Part shown: positions 53,502 through 63,602 of the stretch, one piece after another
Numbering within the stretch: position 1 is the first letter of the stretch
How the letters are laid out: each line of letters opens with the position of its first letter
Assembly (NCBI GenBank): GCA_040757625.1
Contig: JBFLWU010000008.1
Location: 7,865-71,864 of the forward strand
Reading direction: 5' to 3'
DNA from: Thermodesulfobacteriota bacterium
Lineage (GTDB): Bacteria; Desulfobacterota; Desulfobacteria; Desulfobacterales; JARGFK01
DNA: 64,000 nucleotides
Translations under genes and position numbers: made by a program
The notes under the pieces: model-generated
Told to the model about the DNA's origin: nothing
The model's input: the letters and a program-made list of their open reading frames with translations, nothing else
Databases searched by the model: none

Positions 53502-53753
53502 ATGAACAGCATGAAAAACCAGGACAAGGCCCTGACGGATATTGAAAAATTATCGATTTTACTGCCGCACTGGCTTCACCATAATAATGACCATATCCGC
53601 GACCAGGAAAAATGGGTCAAGGCGGCCGAAGATGCCGGGTTTACTAAAGTGGCCGATGAACTGCGCCGGGCGATCGGGTTTTTCAAAAGGGCAAACCGGC
53701 ACCTTGAGAAGGCCGATTTGTGCTTGAAAGTCAAAATCGCTGACGCCCCATAG
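53502..53753 (+). CDS. hypothetical small helical His-rich protein
   Basis: 83-aa ORF containing LPHWLHHNNDHIRD. No family recognised. Confidence 0.45.
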   Translation: MNSMKNQDKALTDIEKLSILLPHWLHHNNDHIRDQEKWVKAAEDAGFTKVADELRRAIGFFKRANRHLEKADLCLKVKIADAP

Positions 53754-53932
53754 TGCAAACCGAAAAGGGCTACATTGCAAATAAAGCGGCGGGTATCTTT
53801 GCAACTTGATGAATCTAGTCCCTTTTGGCTCCATTCTTACCACATTGTGTGACATCCGATTGACCTGCATTTATATTTAAGGTATTTTAATAGACGGTTG
53901 CCGGATTCCGGCGGCAACTTATTCTCTTAAAA

Positions 53933-55813
53933 ATGCAAACAGACGGTGAACCGATGTCAACCACGTTTCAAGCAATTCGACAAAGCCTCGTTTCCAAATT
54001 TGTCATCTCGATGGGGCTCACCCTGATTGTCAGTATTTCCGCGTGGACCTACCTGAATTATGTCTACATGGAAAAAATCGCCGGCCAGGTCGGTCTTCTT
54101 CGTGAAGTGCTTCTGTTCGAAAAATGGCTGCTGGCGCTGGCCATTCTTATTTTCGTTTTAACCGCCGCCGTTATCTTATTCTTTGTATACCGGTTTGTTT
54201 ACCGCCCCATCAAACTTCTGATCAGAGGCACCCGGCTCATTGCCAAGGGGGATTATTCGAACCGGATTCAAATCAATCAAAAGGATGAAATGGGTCAGCT
54301 GGCGGCGGCCATCAATCAGATGGGCAAAGAAATCCGTGAAAAGCAGACGGAACTCAACAAACAGCGGGCGGAATATCAAACCCTGTTTGAACTGGTTCCC
54401 TGCATTATCACCGTACAGGACCGAAGCTACAAGCTGGTTCGCTACAACCGGGAATTTGCCGAAAAATTTGACCCCAAACCCGGCGATTACTGCTATTACG
54501 CCTACAAGGGCCGCAGCGAAAAATGCCCGGTCTGCCCGGTGGAAAAAACTTTTGAAGACGGCAAGTCCCATTACAGCGAGGAAACCGGTTTTAATAAAGA
54601 CGGCAGCGCGGCGCACTGGATCGTCAATACATCGCCCATCAAAAACGATAAAGGTGAAATTGTTGCCGTCATTGAAATGAACCTTGACATCACCCATCGC
54701 AAGCTGCTGGAGGAAAAACTGGAAAAATCCGAAAAAAAATACTACGCGATTTTCAACAACATCCCCAATCCGGTCTTTGTCCTGGATGTTGACACCCTGG
54801 AGATACTGGACTGCAACGAAAGCGTCAAGTTCGTTTACGGTTATCCAAAATCCGAAATCATCAGAAAATCCTTTCTGGAGCTCTTTTCGGAAGAAGAAAA
54901 AGAGACGTATGCCGAAAAGATCAAGACATCTGCCTTCATCAACCGGGTCAAGCATCTGGATAACAAGGGCCGGACGTTGTATGTGCATATCCGCGTGTCG
55001 CCTTCGGAATATCCGGGCCAAAAGGTGCTCCTGGTTACCACCAGCGATATTACCAAGATTTTTGAAGCGGAGCGGCAACTGATTCATGCCAGTAAAATGG
55101 CAACCCTGGGAGAAATGTCAACCGGTGTGGCCCATGAACTCAATCAGCCCCTGTCAGTCATTAAAACCGCCAGCAATTATTTTATGCGAAAAATAGGCAA
55201 AAATGAAAAAATTGATGACGAAACCCTTTTTACCATGGCAAAGGAAATCGACGGCTACGTTGATCGCGCGACAAACATTATCAATCATATGCGACAGTTC
55301 GGCCGCAAGTCGGATTTGACCATGGAGCCGGTTCAGGTTAATGACCTGCTGAAAAACGCCTTTCAGATTTTCAGCCAGCAGTTGAAACTGAGGGAAATCG
55401 AAGTGGTCTGGACGATTGAAAAGGACCTGCCGGAAATAATGGCGGACCCGGGCCGCCTGGAACAGGTGTTTATCAACTTGTTGATCAATGCCCGGGATGC
55501 CATTGAGGATCGATGGCAAAATCAAAAAGCCGGCCAAGATGACAAACGCATCACCCTCAAAACAGTGTCTGAGGGCAAGACCGTAATCATAGAGGTTCGT
55601 GATACCGGCACGGGAATTCCCGAAGCCATTTCCGACAAAATATTTGAGCCTTTTTTCACTACCAAAAAGGTAGGCCAGGGTACCGGATTGGGCCTTTCCA
55701 TCAGCTACGGAATTATCAAGGATTGCGGCGGCACCATTCAGGCCCTGTCCGGCAAGGAAGGCGGGGCTCGCTTTATCATCAAGTTCCCGATACCCGACCC
55801 GTTAACCCGTTGA
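53933..55813 (+). CDS. sensor histidine kinase, paralogue of 48694-50982 without the periplasmic heme domain
   Basis: Two TM helices with only a short loop between them, HAMP, PAS(Cys4: VPCIITVQD...CYYAY...CPVCP), PAS, VAHELNQPLS, HATPase boxes. Roughly 60% identical to the first kinase over the cytoplasmic part, by eye. Confidence 0.88.
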   Translation: MQTDGEPMSTTFQAIRQSLVSKFVISMGLTLIVSISAWTYLNYVYMEKIAGQVGLLREVLLFEKWLLALAILIFVLTAAVILFFVYRFVYRPIKLLIRGTRLIAKGDYSNRIQINQKDEMGQLAAAINQMGKEIREKQTELNKQRAEYQTLFELVPCIITVQDRSYKLVRYNREFAEKFDPKPGDYCYYAYKGRSEKCPVCPVEKTFEDGKSHYSEETGFNKDGSAAHWIVNTSPIKNDKGEIVAVIEMNLDITHRKLLEEKLEKSEKKYYAIFNNIPNPVFVLDVDTLEILDCNESVKFVYGYPKSEIIRKSFLELFSEEEKETYAEKIKTSAFINRVKHLDNKGRTLYVHIRVSPSEYPGQKVLLVTTSDITKIFEAERQLIHASKMATLGEMSTGVAHELNQPLSVIKTASNYFMRKIGKNEKIDDETLFTMAKEIDGYVDRATNIINHMRQFGRKSDLTMEPVQVNDLLKNAFQIFSQQLKLREIEVVWTIEKDLPEIMADPGRLEQVFINLLINARDAIEDRWQNQKAGQDDKRITLKTVSEGKTVIIEVRDTGTGIPEAISDKIFEPFFTTKKVGQGTGLGLSISYGIIKDCGGTIQALSGKEGGARFIIKFPIPDPLTR

Positions 55814-55989
55814 CCCCAACTTCCCGCTGAAAATATAAACCCCTTCAGCCGGAAACGGATTTATCCGCCGGTTGTAGCGGAACCTAAGTTTTAATGATGC
55901 TCCCCGCCGCAAGCGGCCGGTGTATAAAAATCAAAACAACTAGAACCCGCCTTCTTTGGAATTGATTTCCACCTAAACATAAATTTCCC

Positions 55990-56018
55990 TTGACAGGCCT
56001 TTTTTCTTTCTGCATAAT
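55990..56018 (+). promoter_or_regulatory. sigma-70-type promoter for the Rrf2 gene
   Basis: TTGACA - 17 nt - CATAAT, about 60 nt upstream of the 56077 ATG. Confidence 0.5.
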
Positions 56019-56035
56019 TCATACTAAAATGATAT

Positions 56036-56050
56036 AGATTAAAATAATCT
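56036..56050. promoter_or_regulatory. 15-bp palindrome between the -10 element and the start codon (possible Rrf2 autoregulatory operator)
   Basis: AGATTAaaaTAATCT is a perfect inverted repeat. Confidence 0.3.
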
Positions 56051-56076
56051 GATAAAAATGCTTTAACGAGGATATT

Positions 56077-56538
56077 ATGAAGCTATCGACCCGGAGCCGT
56101 TACGGCGCCAGAATTTTGGTGGACTTGGCAAACCACCAGAACCAGGGGCCGGTGCAAATCGGCGAAATTTCCAAGCGCCAAGGTATTTCCGTAAAGTACC
56201 TGGAGCAGCTCATTCGTCCTTTGAAGGAAGCCAAGCTGGTCACCAGTGTCAGGGGGCCCAAAGGCGGCCATATCATGGCCAGGAAACCGAAAGACGTCAC
56301 CCTGGGGCAAATCGTACGCCTGTTCGAAGGTCAGGCCGAACTGGTGGAATGTATCAGCTGCCCTGAAAAATGTCCCATGTCCGATGATTGCCGGGTTCGC
56401 CTAGCCTGGATGGATGCGACCCAGGCCCTTTATAACAGGCTGGACGCAACCACTATTGCGGATCTGTTAAAAGCCGATACCCATACAAACGGCGGCAATG
56501 AGGCATGCCGCCCGGGCCGCAAACCCAAAACGTCATAA
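56077..56538 (+). CDS. Rrf2-family transcriptional regulator with Cys cluster
   Basis: MKLSTRSRYGARILVDLA, wHTH ISKRQGISVKYLEQL, Cys motif CISCPEKCPMSDDC. Confidence 0.88.
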   Translation: MKLSTRSRYGARILVDLANHQNQGPVQIGEISKRQGISVKYLEQLIRPLKEAKLVTSVRGPKGGHIMARKPKDVTLGQIVRLFEGQAELVECISCPEKCPMSDDCRVRLAWMDATQALYNRLDATTIADLLKADTHTNGGNEACRPGRKPKTS

Positions 56539-56709
56539 CCGCATTTTTCAAATTGAAATGAGCGGCACTACCATTAAAAATAAAAGTTTTCCCGGCTGGG
56601 AGGGCGACCATCCACCATCACAGCTATCGGAACATTTGAAAAAAGTTTCGGGGCAGCGCCCCTAAACCCTTTTGCCTAAGTGGCTCAAAAAAACATACAG
56701 GAGGTATTC

Positions 56710-57951
56710 ATGAAAAAAGTAGTAATTTTAGGTTCAGGCGCCGGCGGCACCATTGTTGCCAGCAAACTGCGTAAGGAATTGAGCGAGGCTGAATGGCAGA
56801 TCACCATCATCGACAACGATGAAATCCATCACTACCAGCCGGGATGGCTGTTCATCCCCTTCGGCATTTACACTGCCCGGGATTGCCAGAAGCCTAAAAG
56901 AGATTTCATCCCCAAGGGGGTTAATTTCGTGTTCGATGAAATCGTCGGCGTCAACCCGGACAAGCGCCAGGTGTCGGGGAAAAAGGCAACCTATAACTAC
57001 GACTGGCTCGTCATAGCCACGGGCTGCCGGATTGCTCCGGAGGAAGTCGACGGGATGATGGATGACTGGCACGGCAATATTCACGATTTTTATACCCTTG
57101 AAGGCGCACTCGCGCTTCGTAAGAAAATGAAATATTTCAATTCCGGGCGTGTCGTCCTGAACATTGCGGAACTCCCCTATAAATGCCCCGTCGCCCCCCT
57201 TGAATTCATTTTTATGGCCGACTGGTTCTTCAAGCAAAACGGTTGTCGCGACAAAATTGAAATCGAGCTGGCGACGCCGCTTGCCGGGGCTTTTTCCAAA
57301 CCGATTGCATCTAAAATTCTGGGCGAAACAGCCGTTCTGAAAAACATTATCGTCACTCCCAACTTTGATCTTGCCCAGGTCAATGCCGAGGAAAAAACGA
57401 TTGAATCCCACAAAGGGAAAAAAATTCCTTATGACCTGCTGATATCCATACCGCCCAATTTCGGCGCTAAATATATTGAAGATTCCGGTATGGGCGATCC
57501 CATGTGCTATGTGGATACCGATCACAACACTCTTAAGGCCAAAAACTATGATCACATTTATGTTGTCGGCGATGCCACCAACGTTCCGGCTTCAAAAGCC
57601 GGCGCCGTCGCCCACTATGAGTCCGAAACCGTAGTGGAGAACCTTGTGCGCGAAATCGAGGGCCAGGAGCCCAAACCGACTTTTGACGGACATGCCACCT
57701 GCTTTATCTGTTCGGGGTACGAAAAAGCGATTCTGATCGATTTCAACTACAAGGTCGAACCGCTTCCCGGCAAATTCCCCTTCCCCGGCCTTGGTCCCTT
57801 CTCACTGCTGGGAGACAGCAATTTCAACTACTGGGGGAAAATGATGTTCAAGTGGGTCTACTGGAACATGATGCTCAAGGGCATTGACCTGCCCCTGGAA
57901 GAGCAGATGATGATGGCCGGCAAGATGCGGCCCAGTCTGGCAACACAATAA
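56710..57951 (+). CDS. FAD-dependent pyridine nucleotide-disulfide oxidoreductase, sulfide:quinone oxidoreductase-like
   Basis: MKKVVILGSGAGGT, YQPGW, KCPVAPLEF, GDATNVPASKAG, ATCFICSG. Start moved to MKKVV. Confidence 0.78.
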   Translation: MKKVVILGSGAGGTIVASKLRKELSEAEWQITIIDNDEIHHYQPGWLFIPFGIYTARDCQKPKRDFIPKGVNFVFDEIVGVNPDKRQVSGKKATYNYDWLVIATGCRIAPEEVDGMMDDWHGNIHDFYTLEGALALRKKMKYFNSGRVVLNIAELPYKCPVAPLEFIFMADWFFKQNGCRDKIEIELATPLAGAFSKPIASKILGETAVLKNIIVTPNFDLAQVNAEEKTIESHKGKKIPYDLLISIPPNFGAKYIEDSGMGDPMCYVDTDHNTLKAKNYDHIYVVGDATNVPASKAGAVAHYESETVVENLVREIEGQEPKPTFDGHATCFICSGYEKAILIDFNYKVEPLPGKFPFPGLGPFSLLGDSNFNYWGKMMFKWVYWNMMLKGIDLPLEEQMMMAGKMRPSLATQ

Positions 57952-57963
57952 GGAGGCGCCGCC

Positions 57964-58662
57964 ATGACAAACGAAGAATTGATTTTAGAGCGACTGGATC
58001 GAATTGAAAACCAGATCGCTCCGCTGGCCCAAACGGCACGGGGAGTGGCCGAACTTAAGGATGACTTGATGCCGTTGGGCCATCAGGCCGTCAAAATGTT
58101 GATTAGCGAGCTGCAGGATGTCGAATCCAGTTTCCAGATGGAAGACCTGCTGGAACTGTTCAAACGGATGCTTCGCAGCGTCAAGGATATCACCTATGCG
58201 CTGAATCAGCTGCAAAGTATTATCGATTTTATCACCACCCTGGAACCGCTGCTGAAATCATCTGTACCCAAACTGATTCATTACCTGGACGATCTCGAAC
58301 AAAAAGGCGTTCTGCGCGTCATCCAGGCCATGCTGGATGTGCGCGCCAAAGTCGCGGATGCCTACTCGCCCGAAGATATCGACCAGATCGGGGATGTCTT
58401 TGTTGCCCTGCTCGGTTTGGCCAAGAAGCTTTCCGATCCTCAAGCAATGGCCTTCCTGGAAAGGGCGGCTGAAATTCCCTCCCGGCTGGACCTGGTCAAT
58501 TGCAAGGATGTCGGCCCCTTTGGTCTGATTTCGGCGAGCGCCACCACGGAAGTCAAACAGGGGCTGGGGGTATTGATGGAGCTGACCCGCGCACTGGGCA
58601 GGCTGAAAATGCCCAGCGAAGCCGACACGCCCCGACATGAGGCCTCCGGCGTCGCCGCATAA
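57964..58662 (+). CDS. DUF1641-like helical protein
   Basis: 232 aa, helical. Its position immediately after an SQR-like flavoprotein is typical for DUF1641. The assignment is from pattern and context only. Confidence 0.45.
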   Translation: MTNEELILERLDRIENQIAPLAQTARGVAELKDDLMPLGHQAVKMLISELQDVESSFQMEDLLELFKRMLRSVKDITYALNQLQSIIDFITTLEPLLKSSVPKLIHYLDDLEQKGVLRVIQAMLDVRAKVADAYSPEDIDQIGDVFVALLGLAKKLSDPQAMAFLERAAEIPSRLDLVNCKDVGPFGLISASATTEVKQGLGVLMELTRALGRLKMPSEADTPRHEASGVAA

Positions 58663-58806
58663 CGAGCATCCGTTAGGACTTAAACAGCTCCGGAAATAAA
58701 ATATTCCCGGCGGTTTTTCAAGGCGGCTTCGTCTTTGAGAATCCGATCTGAATGCCGCCGGGGACAAACTTTTAACCCGGTTTTTAAAGATGCTTTCGGA
58801 CAGTTT

Positions 58807-60759
58807 ATGACGGCAGAAAAAATTTTACTGGTAGATGACGAAGAGGGCATCCGCAAGGTTTTAGGAATTTCGCTGGCTGATATCGGATATGATGTCCGCA
58901 CGGCCGAAAACGGCGAAAACGCCTTGCGCATTTTTAAAGAGTTTCAGCCCCCGGTGGTCTTAACCGACATCAAAATGCCCGGAATGGACGGAATCGAACT
59001 GCTGCGCAAAATCAAGACGGAGAACCCGGAAGCGGAAGTCATCATGATAACCGGCCATGGCGACATGAACCTGGCCATCAAGAGCTTGAAATATGAAGCA
59101 ACCGATTTCATCACCAAACCCATCAACCAGGATGTGCTGGAAATCGCACTGAAGCGGGCGCACGAAAAGATATCCATGCGCCGCCAGATCAAGGATTATA
59201 CCGAAAACCTTGAACAGCTGGTTCGTGAAAAGTCAGCTAAAATCGTCGAGCTGGAAAGACAAACGGCTGTCGGGCAAACCGTGGAAGGCCTGACATCCGC
59301 CATCCGCAACATTGCCGGCGACCTTGAAGACGGCATCACCTATTCCCACGAGATGCCGTGCTTTGTTTCGATTCATGACCGTGATCTCAAAGTTGTGGCA
59401 ACCAACCAGCTTTATACCCAGCGCCTGGGAAATTTTGTGGGCGATGGCTGCTGGAAAATCTATTGCGGGGAAACTGCCCGCCCGGACACATGCCCGACAG
59501 CCGAAACCATCCGGTCCGGAACCGGTCTGCGCCGCAAAGAAACTATCCGTTATTTAAACGGTACGGAAGCGCCGGTTATCGTCCATACCGCACCCATTAA
59601 AAACAGAGACGGAAAACTGGATCTCGTTGTGGAAATATCCGTGGATATTACCGAGGTCAGGCGTCTGCAGGAGGAGTTGCGCACCACTCAGCAACGCTAT
59701 CAGGAGCTTTTTGACGAAGTCCCCTGCTATATTTCAGTACAGGACAAAGCTCTAAAAATCACGGCGGCAAACCGGCGTTTCAAGGAGGACTTCGGTCATG
59801 ATATCGGCAGGTTCTGTTTCGAAATTTATCAGCACCAGGATCAGGCCTGCCTTAATTGTCCGGTCCAGAAAACTTTTGAGGATGGAAACTCCCACCAGGC
59901 TGAAATGATGGTAACGTCCCAAACCGGTGAAAAATACAATGTGCTTGTCTGGACCGCCCCTATCCGAAACGCCAGGGGCGAAATCACCCAGGTGATGGAG
60001 ATGTCCACCAACATCACCCAGATTCGGCAGCTCCAGGACCATCTGTCGTCATTGGGCCTACTGATCGGTTCCATCTCCCACGGCATAAAAGGCCTGCTGA
60101 CCGGCCTTGACGGCGGCATGTATCTGCTGAACACCGGTTTTGCCAAGGCGAATCAAGTCCAGGTTGCCGAGGGCTGGGAAATCGTCAAGCTGATGATCGG
60201 GCGCATCCGCTCCATGGTTCTGGATATCCTCTATTACGCCAAAGAAAGAGAATTGAAATGGGAACTGATCGATGTCTTAAGCTTTGTAAAAGATATCGCC
60301 TTTACCTTCGGCCCCAAGATTCAAAGCCAGCGCATCGATTTCGCCTGCGATTTTGACGAGACTGTCGGCAGGTTCGAGGTGGACCCGGGCATTGTCCGCT
60401 CGGCCCTGATCAACCTTCTGGAAAACGCCCTGGAAGCCTGCCTGGCCGACCCGTCCAAGCCCATACACCGGATTGCATTCGGCGTCAGACAGGATTCGAC
60501 CCATATCATCTTCGATGTGATCGACAATGGAATCGGCATGGATGAAGCGACTAGAAAAAACATATTTACACTGTTCTTTTCTTCCAAGGGCGACCGGGGA
60601 ACCGGGCTGGGGCTGTTTATTTCCAACAAAATCATCCGGCAGCACGGCGGCACCATTGAAGTGGATTCAAAACCGGGAGAAGGAACCCGCATGGGCATCA
60701 AAATTCCCAAAATGATCCCGGATTCCCTGAAAAAGCCTGCGGATCAGGCGGCGGTCTGA
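58807..60759 (+). CDS. receiver - PAS(Cys) - PAS(Cys4) - histidine kinase
   Basis: Start MTAEKILLVDDEEGIRK. The REC and kinase core are paralogous to 50979-52148 (SISHGIKGLLTG, NLLENALEAC, DNGIGMD, GTGLGLF). Two Cys-bearing PAS domains are inserted between them. Confidence 0.88.
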   Translation: MTAEKILLVDDEEGIRKVLGISLADIGYDVRTAENGENALRIFKEFQPPVVLTDIKMPGMDGIELLRKIKTENPEAEVIMITGHGDMNLAIKSLKYEATDFITKPINQDVLEIALKRAHEKISMRRQIKDYTENLEQLVREKSAKIVELERQTAVGQTVEGLTSAIRNIAGDLEDGITYSHEMPCFVSIHDRDLKVVATNQLYTQRLGNFVGDGCWKIYCGETARPDTCPTAETIRSGTGLRRKETIRYLNGTEAPVIVHTAPIKNRDGKLDLVVEISVDITEVRRLQEELRTTQQRYQELFDEVPCYISVQDKALKITAANRRFKEDFGHDIGRFCFEIYQHQDQACLNCPVQKTFEDGNSHQAEMMVTSQTGEKYNVLVWTAPIRNARGEITQVMEMSTNITQIRQLQDHLSSLGLLIGSISHGIKGLLTGLDGGMYLLNTGFAKANQVQVAEGWEIVKLMIGRIRSMVLDILYYAKERELKWELIDVLSFVKDIAFTFGPKIQSQRIDFACDFDETVGRFEVDPGIVRSALINLLENALEACLADPSKPIHRIAFGVRQDSTHIIFDVIDNGIGMDEATRKNIFTLFFSSKGDRGTGLGLFISNKIIRQHGGTIEVDSKPGEGTRMGIKIPKMIPDSLKKPADQAAV

Positions 60760-60790
60760 GAAGACACCTTTGATAACCTTTTTGCCCGCG

Positions 60791-61285
60791 TCAGGACTGA
60801 ATAAGTGAAAACGGGTTGCCGCAAACCTTCCAGCGACCGTCTTCCTTTACCACGGTCATCCGTTCATCGACAGGATACGTTTCCCCGATCAGAAACAATT
60901 TAGCAACCAGGGCATACAGCGGGTTTATGGAAACCCTTCTTTTAGCGGTTAATTTAACCTCTGCGGTGGTGTCGTCGATCCGGTGGGTTTCGGTTTCAAT
61001 GTGGTAAAGCATGTATTTCATATTATTCAGGCCGATCCCACGGCTCCCGGCTTCGCGGGTCATGCCCTGGATATGTTTTTCAACGACCTTGCCCTCATCT
61101 GTTTCCATAACTTTATTGCACAGAAAAGACGACATCGCGGGATCGATCCGGTAAAACGCCTTGGCGAATTCAACCGCCGCCCCGCCCGGGGTCTGGGTAC
61201 GGTCAGCCAGAATCAATACTCCCTGCAACAAAACGCCGATCAGAATCGCCACTACAATGGGTAAGTAAGATTTGACCTGCTCCAC
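60791..61285 (-). CDS. hypothetical N-terminally anchored protein
   Basis: 164 aa with a single N-terminal TM helix (LPIVVAILIGVLLQGVLIL). GTG start behind aaaggagg. Confidence 0.55.
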   Translation of the reverse strand: MEQVKSYLPIVVAILIGVLLQGVLILADRTQTPGGAAVEFAKAFYRIDPAMSSFLCNKVMETDEGKVVEKHIQGMTREAGSRGIGLNNMKYMLYHIETETHRIDDTTAEVKLTAKRRVSINPLYALVAKLFLIGETYPVDERMTVVKEDGRWKVCGNPFSLIQS

Positions 61286-61328
61286 TTATCGTACCTCCTT
61301 TAGAATGCACACGCTGTTATCGATACTC

Positions 61329-61344
61329 TGCATTTTTCTTGCCT
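61329..61344 (-). promoter_or_regulatory. sigma-54 promoter candidate
   Basis: The minus strand reads AGGCAAGAAAAATGCA (GG-N10-GC spacing correct, -12 TGCA), about 44 nt upstream of the GTG at 61285. It is less consensus-like than the other three. Confidence 0.4.
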
Positions 61345-61615
61345 GGCACTGGTCTATACAAAACAGCGCCGTGCCAGCACATTTGCCCTGTTTTGCTAAC
61401 ATGGAACGGTATATAAGACAATATTTTTTCGAAAAAATCTTAACCCGTTAAAATTGCATCCAAAATCACAAAAACAGCGCCGCTTCTCCGCCAATAATAC
61501 AAATTCCCCTTGAATTTAATTTATAATATGTAATAGATTTCGTTTAATTTTTCAAAAAGTCGGGTTTTTGCGATCAATAAGCTTTTCAGCATGAGCGACA
61601 AGAGGAGAGAATACC

Positions 61616-62893
61616 ATGCCTAATTCGAACAGCTGGGATTGGAATATCGGCAAACGGGTGATTGCCGATATCAGCGAGTGGAAAAAAAATTACGAATACA
61701 TGGAAGAGCTGCAGGTCAGCCCGGATGGCGAAAAGGTTGCGGCCATCATTAAAAACGAATCGGCTGAATTCAGTATTTGTGAAAACGGCACGCTCTGGGA
61801 AAACACCTTTGACAAGATCTGGCAGGCGCGCTTTACACCGGACTGTCGCCTAACCGCCCTGGTTTCCGATACGGGGGAGTGGACGGTTGCCGTGGACGGC
61901 GAGCCTTGGGAAAATCGGTTTGAATTCGTATGGGACACCCAGTTCGGGCCTGACGGCAACGATATCATTGTATCGTGCCAGAAAGAAAGAAGATATTTTG
62001 CAGCCGCCAACGACATGCCCTGGAAAGAGAACTTCCTTTCCATGACCAACCTGACGGTCAGTCAGGACGGCAAGGGGCTAGCGGCCGTGGTCCAGACGGT
62101 TCCCTTCAGTGAAGCCGACATTTCCAAATATCAGGAGGGGTGTTATTCGGTGGCGGTTGACGGAAAAGCCTGGAACAGGAATTTTGTAAACGTCTGGGAA
62201 CTTTCCTTCAGCAAAGACCGCCGGAAGGTTGCCGCCGAAGTCCGCACGTCGCTTTATGACTATACCATTGCCGTTGACGGCGTCTGCTGGAATCAGAGTT
62301 ATCCCACCGTCTGGAAGCCCGTGTTCAGCCCGGCCGACGGCAGCGTCACCGCCCCGGTAAAAACACCGGGGGGATGGGCCCTGGCCAGAGACGCAAAGCC
62401 CCTGTGGAGTCGGAGCTTTGTTCAATTGTGGCATCACATGTACAGCGCGGACGGGAAAAACATTGCTGCGGTAGTAGCGCCCAAATTCGGACGCTGGACC
62501 GTTGCGGTCAACGAAAATCCGTGGACCCTGACCTTCGGCGATCTTGCCACCGACGCAGTTTTCAGCCCGGACGGCAGCCGGGTCGCCTCTCTGGGCAAAG
62601 AAAACGGACACTGGGCGGTGGTCGTTGACGGCAACGCCTGGAACGAAAAATTTGATATGGCCTGGCAGCCGGTTTTCAGTCCCGACGGCCGCCATGTGGC
62701 TGCAAAAGTTGAAAAAAACGGCCGCCATCTTATTCTGGTCGACGGACGTGCCCTTAAATCCCAATTCAGCCAGGTCTGGGACCCCTTCTTCAGCCCGGAC
62801 GGAAGCAAACTGCTGGTGCGGGGTATCGGCGGCGATGAAGAGCAAGGGAAATATTACCGGCAGGTATTGCCGCTAACGGATATAATCGGCTAA
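61616..62893 (+). CDS. PD40/TolB-like beta-propeller repeat protein (about 10 repeats), no signal peptide
   Basis: Period of about 42-47 aa: W.N.F..VW.P.FSPDG..VAA.V......WT.AVDG. Ten FSPDG-like units counted. Confidence 0.65.
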   Translation: MPNSNSWDWNIGKRVIADISEWKKNYEYMEELQVSPDGEKVAAIIKNESAEFSICENGTLWENTFDKIWQARFTPDCRLTALVSDTGEWTVAVDGEPWENRFEFVWDTQFGPDGNDIIVSCQKERRYFAAANDMPWKENFLSMTNLTVSQDGKGLAAVVQTVPFSEADISKYQEGCYSVAVDGKAWNRNFVNVWELSFSKDRRKVAAEVRTSLYDYTIAVDGVCWNQSYPTVWKPVFSPADGSVTAPVKTPGGWALARDAKPLWSRSFVQLWHHMYSADGKNIAAVVAPKFGRWTVAVNENPWTLTFGDLATDAVFSPDGSRVASLGKENGHWAVVVDGNAWNEKFDMAWQPVFSPDGRHVAAKVEKNGRHLILVDGRALKSQFSQVWDPFFSPDGSKLLVRGIGGDEEQGKYYRQVLPLTDIIG

Positions 62894-62907
62894 AAGGAGA
62901 AGAATCC

Positions 62908-63567
62908 ATGCACACAATATACAATATTGTCAGCGGCCCGCTGGTCTGGGTTGCCTTCCTTGTTTTTATCGTCGGAAGTATTTACCGATTGGTCTCCATG
63001 GCGCTGCTGGCTAAGAAAAAAGATCCGATGGTGTATGCCTACATGCATCCAAAATACGCCCTGCGATCGATCTTTCACTGGATTATCCCGTTTGCCAGTG
63101 TCAATTCCCGGAAAAACCCGATTTTAACGATTGTAACCTTTTTATTTCATATCGGCCTTATCTTTATGCCGATTTTTCTGTTTGCACATATCATTCTTTT
63201 TAAAGAATCGTGGAACATCGGCTGGTGGTTTATGCCCGACGGCGCCGCCGACTTCATGACGCTGATTGTTATCGCGGCGTGCATTTTTTTCACGGTTCGC
63301 CGCCTAACGCAGCCGGAAGTCAAGTTTCTGACGTCGCCATCCGACTTTGTCATCCTGATCGTTATTGCCTCCCCGTTTGTTACCGGCTTCTGGGCCCATC
63401 ATCAGTGGGCCGGGCATCAATGGATGGCGGTGCTTCACATGCTTTCCGGCGAGATCATGCTGGCGACCATCCCCTTTACCCGTTTGAGCCACATGTTGTT
63501 CTTTCCGTTCACGCGCGGGTACATGGGTTCTGAATTCGGCGCCATCAGAAACGTCAAGGACTGGTGA
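62908..63567 (+). CDS. NarI/DsrM/HdrE-like membrane cytochrome b
   Basis: 219 aa, 5-6 TM helices with conserved His in the helices (FHWIIPF, LFHIGLIF, HMLSGEIM, LSHMLFFP). Immediately followed by a DsrK-like gene. Confidence 0.68.
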   Translation: MHTIYNIVSGPLVWVAFLVFIVGSIYRLVSMALLAKKKDPMVYAYMHPKYALRSIFHWIIPFASVNSRKNPILTIVTFLFHIGLIFMPIFLFAHIILFKESWNIGWWFMPDGAADFMTLIVIAACIFFTVRRLTQPEVKFLTSPSDFVILIVIASPFVTGFWAHHQWAGHQWMAVLHMLSGEIMLATIPFTRLSHMLFFPFTRGYMGSEFGAIRNVKDW

Positions 63568-63602
63568 TAAAGATTTATTCTTCTATATAAGGAGTGACAA
63601 TT

